This document shows, in pieces, positions 27,700 to 43,431 of a stretch of DNA of 64,000 nucleotides (positions within the stretch are counted from its first letter, which is position 1; every line of letters starts with the position of its first letter). The notes beneath the pieces were generated by a model. The model was not told the origin of the DNA and ran no database searches. It saw only the letters and a program-made list of their open reading frames with translations. The DNA is from Eledone cirrhosa (taxonomy: Eukaryota). The position numbers and the translations under genes are program-made. The stretch is from NCBI GenBank assembly GCA_964016885.1, contig OZ024741.1, forward strand, positions 121,582,001 to 121,646,000, written 5' to 3'.

Positions 27700-28010
27700 A
27701 TTATTATTATTATAATCATCAGCATCATCACTTTGTCACGCAGTGTAGATGGGAAATGCACTAGAGTATTTAGTCATCTGTCAAGTCACAATAAAGACCC
27801 GTGACAGATGATATTTTCATTACAGTATGCGCAGTGCCAAGCAAGGTTGATTTTTGTATGACACCAATCTTGCATGGTATTCCTACCCACTTTAAGAAGT
27901 CTTGAAGTTTCAATAGTATTGACCCTAATTCCTCGCTCACAACTAATATCACTTTCACATTATCCTATCGCATCCCAAACAGGTTTACCATCACCACTTT
28001 CAATTCAGAG
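27700..28010 (-). mobile_element. Decayed R4/Dong-type LINE 3' end with (TGA)/(TAA)n tail
   Basis: VKVILVV..LGSI..L..FL..VGI....IQKSTLLGTAH resembles the RLE-element C-terminus. Confidence 0.6.
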
Positions 28011-28806
28011 TCCTTGATGATTTCTTCTTCTTCTTCTTCTTCTTCTTCTTCTTCTTCTTCTTCTTCTTCTTCTTCTTCTTCTTCTTCTTCTTCTTCTTCT
28101 TCTTCTATTGAGTCAACTTTAAGTAATGACCCTCTTTTCACTCCTTTATCCGCGTGGATGACAAAGAGATTCTTTGGCAGGAGAAATACTATCGTCATAA
28201 ACAATAAATTGATAATCTTTCTAATAGCAACGAGAGGAAGTGAATTATATTGTGGTCACGTTGTAAAATGAACACAGAATGGCCGAATAATTAGAATGCC
28301 CCAGGAAAGATTTTACGGACAAAGCCAACCGGCAGGGACTCAGGGGTAGACACCGAGCAAGATGATTGGATAACATCTATGAGCTTGGCTGGTCTCGCTT
28401 GGAGATCCAGTCGGATCAGTTGGATACGGTTGCTTCTGACAGGACCCGCTGGAGGGAGTGTTTGAGTACTCTGCTCTAACGAACCTCCAAGGAATAAGTG
28501 GGCGAAGAAGAAGAAGAAGAAGAAGAAGAAGAAGAAGAAGAAGAAGAAGAAGAAGAAGAAGAAGAAGAAGATCCAGTAGCAGCAGCAGCTTCGCAATAAT
28601 TGAGTTTGGGGTTCAATTCCACTGTGCGTCACCTTAAAGTAGGTTGCAAAATGGGGCAAAGAGGAAGGTGGAGAGAGAGAGGCAAAGAGCGCGAGAGAGA
28701 GGCAAAGAGTGAGAAAGAGAGGCAGAGAGAGAGAGCGAGAGGGAGGGAGACAGTGAGAGAGGGAGGCAGGGGAAAATAGAAAGAGAGTGAGTGGAATAGA
28801 GAGGGA

Positions 28807-28837
<31 letters not shown>

Positions 28838-29640
28838 CGCTCTCACACACAGATACAGACACACATTCACAAACACTAACACGCTCATGCACACACACCG
28901 CGCACACGCACCACACAGACACACATACACACCCACCCACACGTGCACATACACACACACCTAGACCACACACACATGCACACAAAGTAAATCAGGAATT
29001 CAACTAAAAGAAAATATTTTGAACGAATAAAACATTGCATAATAATTTTCTTATATAAAAAAAAATTAATAATGCGAGAGATATTTTAATTACGGAGGTG
29101 ATAGTACAAAGATTTACTATAGCCCTGTTGCTCTTATATATACTAACACAATAAGAAATAGATTGAACGTATACACGAGCGATTCATTCTCAGAATGCTA
29201 ACAAAATGTATATTTGTAATGGAGCTGTTGCACGTAGTATTGTCATGGATCCATGGATTTCTGCAAGAGCAGACTGCACCAGCAGATGCAAATCGCATCT
29301 ACTAGTTACAGTGGCAGGATGAGATTCGTCAGCGGTTGTTATAAAATGCAAGAGAATTAAGGTATCCTTATATCCTGTTCCGTGCGTAGTTCATTCATAG
29401 CCATAATAGTTGACAGCAAGTAATGACGTCGCAGGTGAAGAACGACCTTTAGTTCACCCAGGGACGGTGCTGGCGGGAAAATCGAAATGAGTTATATTTT
29501 GAAATAAATTGCCGCAAGATATAGTTAAACAGTATTTTGAACCACAAACTCCTGGTTGCATCATAGGCGCGCCATCATGACAAGCAGTTTATCTTGGATG
29601 TATTAAAACTTTCCAGGTCCACGGAGAGAGAAAGAAAGAA

Positions 29641-29737
<97 letters not shown>

Positions 29738-29840
29738 GAGATAGATAGATAGAGATATATAGACAGGAAGACAGAGGGAAAGCGAGAGTGAGAGAAAAGT
29801 AGTCGAAAGAGGAGAGAGAGAAAAAGGACGAGAGAGAGAG

Positions 29841-29911
<71 letters not shown>

Positions 29912-30074
29912 AAAAATTGACCCCAGTACTGGATTGGTGCATTATTTTTCGACTTCAAAAGGATTTGAACTCAGTGAGTCTGAACGAATACCCAAAGCTT
30001 CTATCCAATGGTCTACCAGCTGTTTCCAATTTGTTTCCTGAAATACAATATAGCAAGAACTAAAAGATACTTAC

Positions 30075-30102
30075 TTTCTGGACACTGGAACACGATATCA
30101 TC
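30075..30102 (-). CDS. Candidate 28-nt micro-exon (DDIVFQCPE)
   Basis: CTTAACAG acceptor, GTAAGT donor; phase 0 start fits the upstream exon 32046-32199. Confidence 0.55.
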
Positions 30103-30232
30103 CTGTTAAGAAAAAACAAAAACACAATGTTTGGATTAAGAAATATTATCACTCAGTTTGGGGACATGTTATATAGATGGGTAATACAGATAAACATATC
30201 AATGTGACGCTGTATAGAGTGTGTGTGTGTGT

Positions 30233-30355
<123 letters not shown>

Positions 30356-30569
30356 TGTGTTGGAGTGTGTGCGTGTATTTCAAGTACTAAGGCTCAGAGT
30401 TCACAGTTACACACCTCTTCAATTATCTTAATTTTCTCTTTTTTTTTAGTCCATTCATTTTCTAGACTTCTAACACAAACATACACACATACATGCATAC
30501 ATACAGGTATACCAAACATATATACACACATACGTACGCACGTACATGCATACATACATACAAAATACA

Positions 30570-31077
30570 TTATGGCTGCAAACTCTGCTAAGAGTATTGC
30601 AATCGCTTGTCAGATTACAGAAAACCGTGCACTTTGTGGCTACGGCCAGTCACACAAAGCTGTAACATATCCTGAACAAGCAATGCCTGTGCTTTGAAGG
30701 TTTTTTAAGTAGGGAAAGGCCTTTCATTCGACCAATCCCACCCCATGAGCATCGAAAACACTATCCGAAAAGGAGAACTGGTCAACAACAGCAGGTTTTT
30801 TTTTCAGAGTTTCCCCCTCCTAGAAAGGTGTTGTAACAACAATTGGGGGCTTTCACTCCCATGTGAAAAAATAAAACAAAAAAAACGTACTATTTGGATG
30901 GCCGTTGGCTCTGCTGAGTTCCTCTGCCCTTTGCCGGGTTTTGTATTTCATCCCGCATGGTGTCCAAATATCACCAAGCAAGATGGTGTGGATTACCAGT
31001 TTAGTCGCCGGCGGCCCGACCATTAGAAAGATTGTACTGGATTACATGTTACCAGTAGCACTCGAGAGCGACCTGAC
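30570..31077 (-). mobile_element. ~510-bp non-coding RTE-related element in (CATA)/(CA)n
   Basis: Full-length inverted match to 38385-38893. Confidence 0.7.
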
Positions 31078-31080
31078 AAA

Positions 31081-31216
<136 letters not shown>

Positions 31217-32045
31217 GCACACAAGTATTATAAAAAGTATAATTTTAAAAACAAATTTGACATTCTTTGTTTAGTCGTTCTTTTCATTTCGTTCTATTTC
31301 CTACGTAGTATTTGCCTTTGTTTCTGTTTGTTTTTTTTACCTAACATTGCCTTGAACATCTATAAAATGAAGACCTCCCGTATAAAAAGTGGATTGTCCT
31401 ACTACAGCCTCACCTTTTACTGAGTATGACTTGGTAGTATATACAACACTTTCGCTAAAGGTATTAGGTGTGCATGCTGTCGAAAGCAGACACATGTCGG
31501 CTGGTATGTTTTACGTTATTCATTTTACTCAGTCGACGCCAATGTTCATCGGTCCTGCAGCATAGCCACAGTCTATTGACTGAAACTATTATGAATAACT
31601 TAAAACATTCCATCCAACCTTCTAATGACTCTGCCAGTTAGCAACCGTATACAAACATACAATGATATATGCATGCATAGTTCCGTAACTCCCGATGGAG
31701 TCGTAGGGGTGCCGTATTGACATACGGCATTTTTAGGGCATAGTAAAACCTGGCGGATCCCATCTCCTCTCCAGATCTGAATAGAACATACTTCTTCTAG
31801 AGAAGGATAGAGAATGAGAAATAAATATAGAGGAAGAATCGACCCCAGTACTTGACTGGTACTTTTTTTATCGACCTGAATGGATGAAAGGCAAAGTTGA
31901 CCGCGGTGGGATTTGAACTGAGAGAAGAGAGAGCTGAAACGAATACCACAAAGCCCTCTATCCGACATTCTAACGACTCTGCTAGCTTGCCGCCTTGAAA
32001 CCAGTCAGTATAATATAGTTTAATATTTTGACAGTAATAAATTAC

Positions 32046-32199
32046 CTTGGTGGTTAATTGGAGAGTTTTTGTGCGTCGTAATAATTGTAGTGTAGTGATT
32101 TTAATTTCTTCAAAATTATCGGGTGTTTGTTGAATGTCGGTTAATATAATGTATATGATATAGTTTATACGTCCCGGAATATCCCGATTTGAAATAATC
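32046..32199 (-). CDS. Candidate coding exon (IISNRDIPGRINYIIYIILTDIQQTPDNFEEIKITTLQLLRRTKTLQLTTK)
   Basis: TAG acceptor, AAG/GTAATT donor; 154 nt open in phase 2-0. Confidence 0.5.
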
Positions 32200-33779
32200 C
32201 TAGTTTAGAGCTTGAAAATTATGGTAAGCTTAACAACCTCTGGATAAATCTAAGATGATAAACAAATCTTTAAAATTCCAATTTCAATATATTTCAACAA
32301 AAGTGTTTCTTTTTTTAAATGCTGAACACTACTTCAGCTCTAAAGTCACAACTCACTACAGTTTTCATTCACTGCGGACACCTCTCTTTCTGCTACCTAT
32401 CTCCATCTAAAAACTTCGATTCATTTCTTTGTCACTTCTGTTATCATAGTAATATTGATATATCAATTATAATTTTAAACAAAAGCGGAAATATTATCCA
32501 CGTATAGGAAACAGAATAAAACAAAGTACTTTGACATTTTACTGTTTTATAAGTTCTGATCTTTATTATAAATGTTTAAAGGTTATTTAACTATTTATTT
32601 ATTTTGTTCTTTCACAGAATCTTTCGTTTCCTTTCCATATTTTACTGCTTTATAAGTTTTAGTCTCTCTTTAAAAGACAAGAAGGAACACATTAGACAAT
32701 GTCGTCCTATTATTCTTGCACTGGCTTCAGTCATTGTGGCTATACTGGGGATTGCCTTGAAATATTGGCCTCGGTCGAGTTTGAACTCAAATCGTAGAAA
32801 GCCAGAACCTTCTAACCTGCCAATTAGCCGCCGTATAAAAAATATACATGATATATATTGTATAATAAATAATGGTTTCTGATTTAGGCACAAGGCAAGC
32901 AGTTTTGGGGGAGGAAAAAGTCGAATAAATCGACACCAATGCATTACTGGTATTTTATTTTATCGACCAAGTACGGATGAAAGAAAAAGCTAACATCAGC
33001 GGGATTTGAAACCAAAACATAAAGGGCAGTAACTATGTAGTGAAGCATGTTAAATTCCCCGCCCTTACATAGTAAATAATTGTTTCTACTTTAGGCACAA
33101 GGCCAGCAAATTACCCAGGGCATTACTGGTACTTTATTTTATCGACCCCGTAAGGATGAAAGGCAAAGTCAACCTCGGCGGGATTTGAACTCAGACCGTA
33201 AAGGGACGTAACTATGCTGGAAAGCATAGCGTCCGACTCTCTACCGATACTGCCAAGTAAATAATGTTACTCTTTAAATACTTTAAATGTTAGCTACGTT
33301 GGGTTTCCTTAAGTATGTAAAATGTTTATGAGTTATTTTTCTTTCTGAATTTAAAAAACATAATTTTAGCAACGTAATCTACACCAAGGACAACGTGACT
33401 CTACAAAATTCTATTGTAAGTCTGCAATACTAAAAAAAAAATTAAGAAAATATAAATTCAATGGGGGTGAGAGGATAGAGAAGGGGTCATTGAACCACAA
33501 AATCTTATATCTGAAAAATACTAGAAACAACAGTAAAACATTTTATCGAGCACGTGGGTTAGAATTTTGAGGTAGACAAACAGAAAATTAAAAAAAAAAT
33601 ATTTTCTGTTAATATCAAATCAGGATTCTAGGCAGATCTTAACCTTTGTCATTTTTCCCTTTTTGATTTGCTTTGTGCCTTTTCATTAACATTCGGCATA
33701 TTCGGGGACAATAGCTTATCAACCGGGAGAAGTTAGTAAAACTGTTGGATCTGAGCGGCAAGCCTACACACACACACTA

Positions 33780-33831
<52 letters not shown>

Positions 33832-34297
33832 ATAGGCTTACCACTTCTTTTATTACTTACTTGCTAACACACACACACACATTATTCACGTTTGTCTGGC
33901 GATGATGTCTTAGACGTAATCTATGTTTAACGTCTCTGAATTGTGCATAATATACGTTATTTAATAAACAGAAGTATGAAAATGTATTTACTTACATAAC
34001 AATACTCCGTCTATGTGATACGAGTTCTTATTTAGATAAGTACAACTGACGTGGAGTGATTTAGCCTGATTACTCCATACTTTGATAAGGGGTTCCAATA
34101 AAAACATTATAGTATTCTCTTTCTAGTCAGTGAAACATTTCTATTGTACGCGCATTCTTTTTTTATTTGTTTGCAAATATTTTGTTAACCATGTTACTTA
34201 TTTTGTCAAAAAATTTTATTATTTTTGGTTTACAATACTTTAAACTTTTACATTTTAACTGTCTACTCGACCGAGCTCTTGAGTCGTCCTAACCTAT

Positions 34298-35230
34298 ATA
34301 TATGAAAAGAAATCATGTGAGGATTAGAAGACGGTGACGATTGGAATTCGGAAATTGAATTGAATTAACAGTTTTCACTGTACGTTTTGACTAGAGAAAA
34401 TAGTCGAATAACAAGGCGTATAGTGGAACAAATAAAACAAAACAAACACAAGAATGCAAAAGCACAACGTCTTATTAGGTTCACGCTTAGAGAAAGTGGA
34501 GGAATGTTTTACGTTTCGGATGGAAGTCCTTCGACAGGAAAGTTCAGATAAGGAAAGAACAGTTAGGTGCATGAAAGTTAGGAAAAGATTGTTAGGTTGG
34601 AGGTGGTAGACGAGAGGTCCGGCATTCGGGACGAGAATAGGCTCCAAAGTGAAGGGTCCAGGTGTGTCATAGGTGTGGTTGTGTGTGTGCCGATGGGATG
34701 AAATTGGCAAGTGTGCCTTATTGCTTCAGTTTGTGTGTGTGTGTGTGTGTGTATGTATGTGCTGTGTCTGAGTCATATATTGTTGGTGTGTGCACACAGG
34801 AGTGTGTGTATGTGTATATGTCTGTGAGTTCTTTATTTTTTGTGGATGTGTGTGCAAGTGAGTGTGTGTGTGTGCGTGTGTGTATGTGTGTATGTGACTT
34901 TTTCTATTGTTTTTATGTATGTGTATTTGCACGTGTATGTCGGATGAGTGTGAGTACATGTGTCTCCACGTGTGTGTTTGTGATTTATGTATTATCTGTA
35001 GCGGAATTATTTTGTGTGCATGCGGGCGGGGGTGAGTGTGTGTATATTTATGTATTGTTATGTCTGTGTGTGTGTGTGAGCATGTGTGCGTGTATCTGAA
35101 TATCCACGTGTAATCCGGCGTGAAATAGAGATGTATAGAGCGAGTGGTGTTAGTGAAATGGTCAGAGAGAAAGTGGTCAGATGGTTAGGTGCCGCACGCA
35201 GAACGGATGTGGTTTGAGAGGAAGCTGTGG
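34298..35230 (-). mobile_element. Decayed PLE 3' end with minimal hammerhead (34506-34542, core CTGTCGA)
   Basis: NHIRS..LSDHFTNT..SI (GIY-YIG C-terminal part, ~35130-35215); CTGTCGA a-gga-cttcca-tcc GAAA cg TA aaac. Confidence 0.6.
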
Positions 35231-35474
35231 TGGCAGCGTGTGTGTATGTGTGTGTTCGTGTGTGTGTGTGTATTGGTGGTACAGGGGTGCATGAAATAGA
35301 AAATGAGGTTGTTTGTAGTTAGTACTTGGTGGGTAGGTGTTATAATATATATATATATTTATATATACTCCCCCCCCCCTCCTACACACACACACATATA
35401 TATATAATTGTTTTAGTTAGTGATGCTTCGAAATGAATGAAAAAAAAATCCAACTGTCCAAAAATGTATGACTG

Positions 35475-37445
<1,971 letters not shown>

Positions 37446-38384
37446 TCTTTATTGAAACAGAAATCAATGCATGTTTGTAGTCGTGTGGCATTTGATTCGG
37501 CTTTTCCTGCCGAGATTAATTTTATCTTTAATCCTTTCGAGGTTGCTAAATAAAGCACCAGTTTAGGGCGATAGATTGGCAGAATTTTTAGTACGTGGGA
37601 CAAAATGTCTTGTAACTTTACGGGTCAGTGTGTTCTGAGTTCAAATTCCGCACCCAGTCTCCGGACATTAAAATGCCCAAGAAATCTTATATGACATGAG
37701 GCCTCATTGGAGGACGGCGTGTGCAGACAGATGTGTGCAGTCAGGCGTGTGCAGACAGGTATCAACGGAAAGAGCACAACGAAATATAAATAAACAACAG
37801 GAAATACTCTGCAAAGAGTCATGAAGTTTTCTTTGATCTTTCGAAACAGAATTTCTGATAGGTGCCAGAAAAGAAAGTGTGAGGTGTAATGAAATGACCC
37901 TGTCAAGAATATTGAGCCTATGATTCCACTTTCAGCTTGCCCGTTAACATGGCACCGCATCAGTAGTTGCTCGCAGATGTTGTAAAATCCATGACACAAC
38001 ATTAGTTTCTTAATATTTTTCTTACGTGATCATCCTGTGTGTTTATCAGATCGGTTTTTTTAAACACTGTTTACTTAACATTTTATCACAACATTATTAT
38101 GTAAACAATGCTTGAGATTTCTTATTTCAGTTTCTATTATGCTTTCTCTATATCTTAAAAATATCGCTTGCTATGAGCTGCAACATCTGTGAAGGGGAGC
38201 CAAACACAAAGGAAGATCAATAGAATGTGGGTGTTGAAATTGAATATAATAAGAGACTCATACAAACAGTCAGACAACACGTACTTACATTACAGACATA
38301 ACATATTTTTTTGTTGAAAAAAACAATCAATTTATCATGCGATTGATGTGAGAACTGCATGTATGTATGTACGTATGTATGTAT

Positions 38385-38893
38385 GTCAGGTCACTCTCGA
38401 TTGCTACTGATGACATGTAACCCAGTACAACCTGTCTCATGGTTGGGTCATCGGTGACTAAACCGGTAACCCCACCAAGCTCGTTTGGTGAGGAGGGTGA
38501 TATTTGGACACGCTGCAGGATGAAATACAAGACCTATCAAAGGGCGGAGGATCTCACCAGAGTCAACGTCCATCCAAATAGTCCTTTTTTCGCTTTTTTT
38601 CACCTGGGAGTGAAAGGCCCCCAGTTGTTGTCACAACACCTTTCTAAGAGAGGGAAGCTTAGGAAGCATCCGATGGTGTTGACCAGTTCTCCTTTTCGGG
38701 TAGTGTCTTCGATGCTTAGAGAGTGGGATTGGTCGAGTGCAAGGTCTTTCCCCACTTAAAAAACCTTCAAAGCCCAGGCATTGCTTGTTCAAGGTATGTT
38801 ACAGGTTAGTGTGACTGGGCGTAGCTTAAAAGTGCACCAAACTCTATAATCCTCCAAGCAATTGCAGTACTCTTAGCAGAGTTTGCAGCCATC
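38385..38893 (+). mobile_element. ~510-bp non-coding RTE-related element in (ATGT)n
   Basis: Starts GTCAGGTCAC, ends GCAGCCATC-(ATGT)n, like the ends at 39820 and 62484. Confidence 0.7.
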
Positions 38894-38909
38894 ATGTATG
38901 TATGTATGT

Positions 38910-39647
38910 TTTCTCTTTCTCTTAATTTTGAGTATATTTTTTTGACCGGCCACCTTCCTGGTGGCAAGGTTGTAAAAGAAAAGAAATTGTCATCCCTTGA
39001 ATCGCAAGAATGTTTTGCAAATTTTGAAGGTGCCAGCTATCGCAGCCATTTGTAGACTATGAATTAGGGAGCTGCGCTTTTTGTCCGCAAATCCAAGTTC
39101 AGTCATACTTTGGTCCAAGCGGGTTGGTATATAACCCGTAGCACCAATAATGATGGGTATGAAGCTAAAGGTGTATCTTGGATACTGGATTTGTAAGCTC
39201 CTCATCAATGGTCCGTAGATGTCCTCCTTCTCCTGTATTTTTCTGGCAACGTTTACATCAAGTGGGCAGCTGATCTCCACAACAGAACACGTTTTCAATG
39301 TGTGGTCCCAAACTACAATATCAGGCCGGTTGTGCTTTAATCTGGTGGCAGTTTTTATTTTCAGGTTCCACCAGTATTCCTTAGTGCCATCTGTCTCAAT
39401 ATATTCTTCCTCGTTTGTTGTTAATTTTGTTTTCCGAAGTGCGTTCCAGATGGTTCTAGCTATCCCATCGTGTCTCATGGGGAGGTAGTAGCGAGATGAC
39501 ATTCTTTCGCAGCTGGCAACAATGTGGCTTACATCCTCGATCTTTGTTTTACATAGCCTACATTTATTGTCAGCTGCTGGCCCTCCTCTTTTGTGCAGCA
39601 GATATTTGGTAGGGAGTTCTTGTTCCTGTATTGCATAGAGATATCCC
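38910..39647 (-). mobile_element. 5'-truncated R4/Dong-like LINE with restriction-like endonuclease, in (CATA)n
   Basis: Open frame 39647-38990: GYLYAIQEQ..CRLCKTKIEDVSHIVASC (CCHC), RHD, RPDIVVWD..VVEISCP..K (PD-D/ExK), IPIIIGATG. Confidence 0.9.
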
Positions 39648-39820
39648 TGTATGTATGTATGTATGTATGTATGTATGTATGTATGTATGTATGTATGTAT
39701 GTATGTATGTATGTATGTTTGTATGTATGTATGTATGTGTGTGTTTATTTAAGTATGTATGTATGTATAATAATATTATATCGTGCAATGGCCATACTCG
39801 ATAACGAGGGGGCAGCCATC

Positions 39821-39853
<33 letters not shown>

Positions 39854-40071
39854 TGTATGTATGTATGTATGTATGTATGTATGTATGTATGCATGTATGT
39901 ATGTATGCATGTGTGTATAATAATACAGACATACACACTTAGATACACACACTACCACATATATTTTGATATAAATATTGGTTAGTAGGTTTATAACTAT
40001 AAATATAACGATAATCAATTGCTGAACGGTGACTGAAAGGACGACTCATATTTATTACACACACACACACG

Positions 40072-40111
<40 letters not shown>

Positions 40112-40259
40112 CACACACATATATAGTCATGTCTACGCACTCAAACACTTACATACGCACCACACCCACGCAAAAAATAGGATTGATGTTTATATATACT
40201 CAACATTTTACCGATCACCACAAACACTATATTTTGTTGAATCACCAGTGTAGTGAGCA

Positions 40260-41210
40260 GATCGATGGTGGAGTCAGGCCCATAACTTCCAAAGGTGACC
40301 ACGAATCATCAGAGTATAATATTCGTCATTGCAACCCTCAGAGGCGAACTAGCTTACATATTTAGAAGGGCTCTAGAAAAACTAAAATTAAACATGAAGT
40401 TAGTAGAAAAACCAGGTATTCCTATAAAAGCCCTAATTAGTAGAACATAACCTTTTGGGAGAAAAAAACTCTGCACTGATAGAATATGTCTACAAATTAA
40501 GCCCACAAATTAACTGCAAAACTAGTAATGTAGTATATAGCATAAGGTGTATGGAGGGGCAGTGTAGGAAGAGGGACACGACTTACACAAGAGAAAAGAT
40601 AAATGAACATTGGTGAAAATTTCAAGATGTGAAAACTCATCAGTACTCCACCAACATGCCATAATGGAACATGGGGGCACACTAGAGAACATCGAGATAA
40701 AAATCATATCCACACAGAGAACAGACGCAATGTTCCGACAGAATAGAGAAGCGACATATATAAACGAACTCCACCCATAACTAAACAGAAAACATGAATG
40801 GAATAGCAGCAACATCACAGTTAATGACTAAGGTCAAGATAAAGACATACAGAGACGCGCAAGAACTAAACTAATAAAACAAACTAGACACACAGGGATA
40901 GAACATGTAGCCAACTAGTGACAAGTTAACAAAACGTATAAATAAAGAAACAAATAAGTATATAGAAACAGATAAATTAATAAATAAAAACACACACAAA
41001 CTCAGATACAACGCATGCACTGTCGAAGTACACAGCTCATAAAAACAACATAATGTTGGGCAGAACAAAGGAGAGACACAAAATAACAACAAAAGAAGTC
41101 ACTGAGGGAGTCAAAGAATGTGTGACGAAAGAGCTTTGACAATTAATAACTAAACAACTATCCGGTTATGAAAACCAACAGGTGCGCATGTTTTTATTAG
41201 CAGTATAACA
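40260..41210 (+). mobile_element. Decayed PLE 3' end (GIY-YIG) with hammerhead at 41098-41140
   Basis: NCKTSNVVYSIRC..INEH..SSVLHQHA..EHGG..DAMFRQNREATYI..LNRKHEW; gtca CTGAGGGA gtca..tgac GAAA gagc TT tgac. Confidence 0.78.
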
Positions 41211-41314
41211 ATATACAGGGTGAGCATAAAGTCATTCCTTGATTATAATAAACCTTTAATAAACAAAACATAAACAAGATAGAAAAACAGTTTTTGGCAC
41301 ACTATATATATATG

Positions 41315-41347
<33 letters not shown>

Positions 41348-41817
41348 CACGAGTCTACATGTGAACACATATGTGACAGACAAGCTGAAGCACACACACG
41401 TGTGTGTGTATTGTTTTATATATACACTCTCACACGCACACACACTTTCTAAAACCATATTCCAAAAATAGAATTTCAACCCTACTGTTGCCAATCCCAT
41501 AGAATTTGTCTCTATCTTACAATTCCTCCCTTGGCCCACCTGAACTCTTGACCAGTCCATTAACACAATTGAGATACACACACATATTTAAAGAACATTT
41601 TCCTTGTCCCTAAAAACAATTTTGTTCTATGTGAAAAAAACACACCTACCACCACTGCTGCTGCTACTATCATGACTACACACCTCTCTATATATACACA
41701 AGAGTTCATTTTCCAGTCTCCTTCTCAACAAGGAAGATGAAAAAAAACTTACCTCTTAATTTTAGATCTTTAATTTTTAGTTTTTAATTCTTATTAATTC
41801 TTTTTCATTGTAATACT

Positions 41818-41867
41818 AAGCATTTGATAAGATGAATTTTACTAATACATCGAAACCGGTAATACTT
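41818..41867 (+). ncRNA. Minimal hammerhead with U3:A8 covariant core (second family)
   Basis: aagcat TTGATAA gatg..catc GAAA ccgg TA atactt. Confidence 0.72.
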
Positions 41868-42459
41868 TATATACTTTATATAAATTATAAAACTCTTTTT
41901 AAAAAGAATTGTCTCTCTCATTTTTTCAATAATGTGACTTTGACGAATCAAAGAAAGACCTCCCCCCCCGACCCCCCCTCGACCCTAAAATATATTTTCC
42001 GTGCTATTTCCAACTACACCTTTTCTCTATAACCTCTGTTTTGTATAGAAACTTACTTCCCTTTTCAAATATATATATAAATTTTAGTGGATGACAGATG
42101 ATTTAGTATTCCGCCCAACACGACGAAATAAACGTACGCGCGCGGACATATACACATACATACTCACTCGCACAGACACACAGACACAATTAGTATTTAG
42201 TAGACGATCATTTTTGCGGCAGAGTTCACAAACGTGACATTTGTTTCACTTGTTTAAACATGTTCCTAAGTATATCTTGTAAAGATTTTTTAAACAATAT
42301 GAACCGTTTGTTTTGTCAAACTTAACGTGGGGGAAAGAGAGCGAGAGCGAGAGAGGGGGGGGGGGGTAGCGAGTGTGAGAAAGAGATGGTGAGAGTAATA
42401 TATATATATATACATACAGAGAGAGAGAGATGGTGAGAGGCATATATATATAAATATAT

Positions 42460-42495
<36 letters not shown>

Positions 42496-42501
42496 ATATA
42501 T

Positions 42502-42585
<84 letters not shown>

Positions 42586-42951
42586 CGAGAGAGAGAGAGG
42601 GGGGAGATAGATAGGTAAATAAAAAAGATACAATTTCTTGAGGAAATGGATGGAGGCCTATATACACGTCAGCAGAAATTATTCACGACTTTTGTGAGTT
42701 TGGACAAGTTAGTGTGTCTTGTATGAAGTAGAAAAGTCTCTTTTATCTGAGACAAAGGGTAAATCCCCAAATATCATAATTCCTCTTCCTGTGCCCTAGC
42801 AATACGAAATATCGAAAATTCTTGAATTAGCTAAAGAATGGACACGCAATCACAGACCCGTGTACACAGAAGCAACAGAGAACATTCGTTGTAGAATTTG
42901 TTAGTTTAGCAGCATCGGAGATATTGATTCCAGTAGATGAGATAGTTTTAG

Positions 42952-43431
42952 GTACTACATGGTCCCTCATGGTGTTAAATGGTGTCACGTGATCCTGCGA
43001 GGTGTCATGTGGTACCAGATGGCACCACTTTGCGTTATATGCTACCAAATGATGTCACGTGGTGTCACGTGGTGTCACGTGATGCCACATACTCTCACCT
43101 GGTGCCATATTGCACTGCATGGTGTCACGTGGTGCCACATAGTGATGCATGATATCACTCGGTATCACATGGTACCACATGACACAGCGTGATAGCAAGC
43201 AGTGCCACATTGTGTCACATGGCCCCACATGGTACCACATGACACAGCATGATAGCAAGCAGTGCCACATTGTGTCAGGTGGTCCCACATGGTACCGCAT
43301 GGCACAATATGATAGCAAGCAGTGCCACATTGTGTCACATGACACAGAATGGTACCACATGACACAGCATGGTAGCAAGCAGTGTCACATTGTGCCATGT
43401 GGCGCAATATGATGCTACATGGCGCTACATG
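42952..43431. repeat. 10-bp minisatellite (GGTGTCACAT-like) with a 60-bp higher-order unit x4 (43171-43400)
   Basis: GGTACCACAT-GACACAGCAT-GATAGCAAGC-AGTGCCACAT.. at 43171, 43231, 43291, 43351. Confidence 0.9.

Noticed and set aside
27493-27700. tRNA genes
   Set aside because: Only A/B-box-like SINE heads; no complete cloverleaf
34041-34149. gtacaa-CTGACGT..GAAA..ttgtac as a long hammerhead
   Set aside because: A9 is missing, stem III does not pair, and ACTGAC/GTCAGT offers a competing helix
38385-38480. HDV-like ribozyme at the 5' end of the RTE-related element
   Set aside because: CCAGT/ACTGG and CTAA are suggestive, but I could not build P1, P3 and L3 by eye; needs a descriptor search
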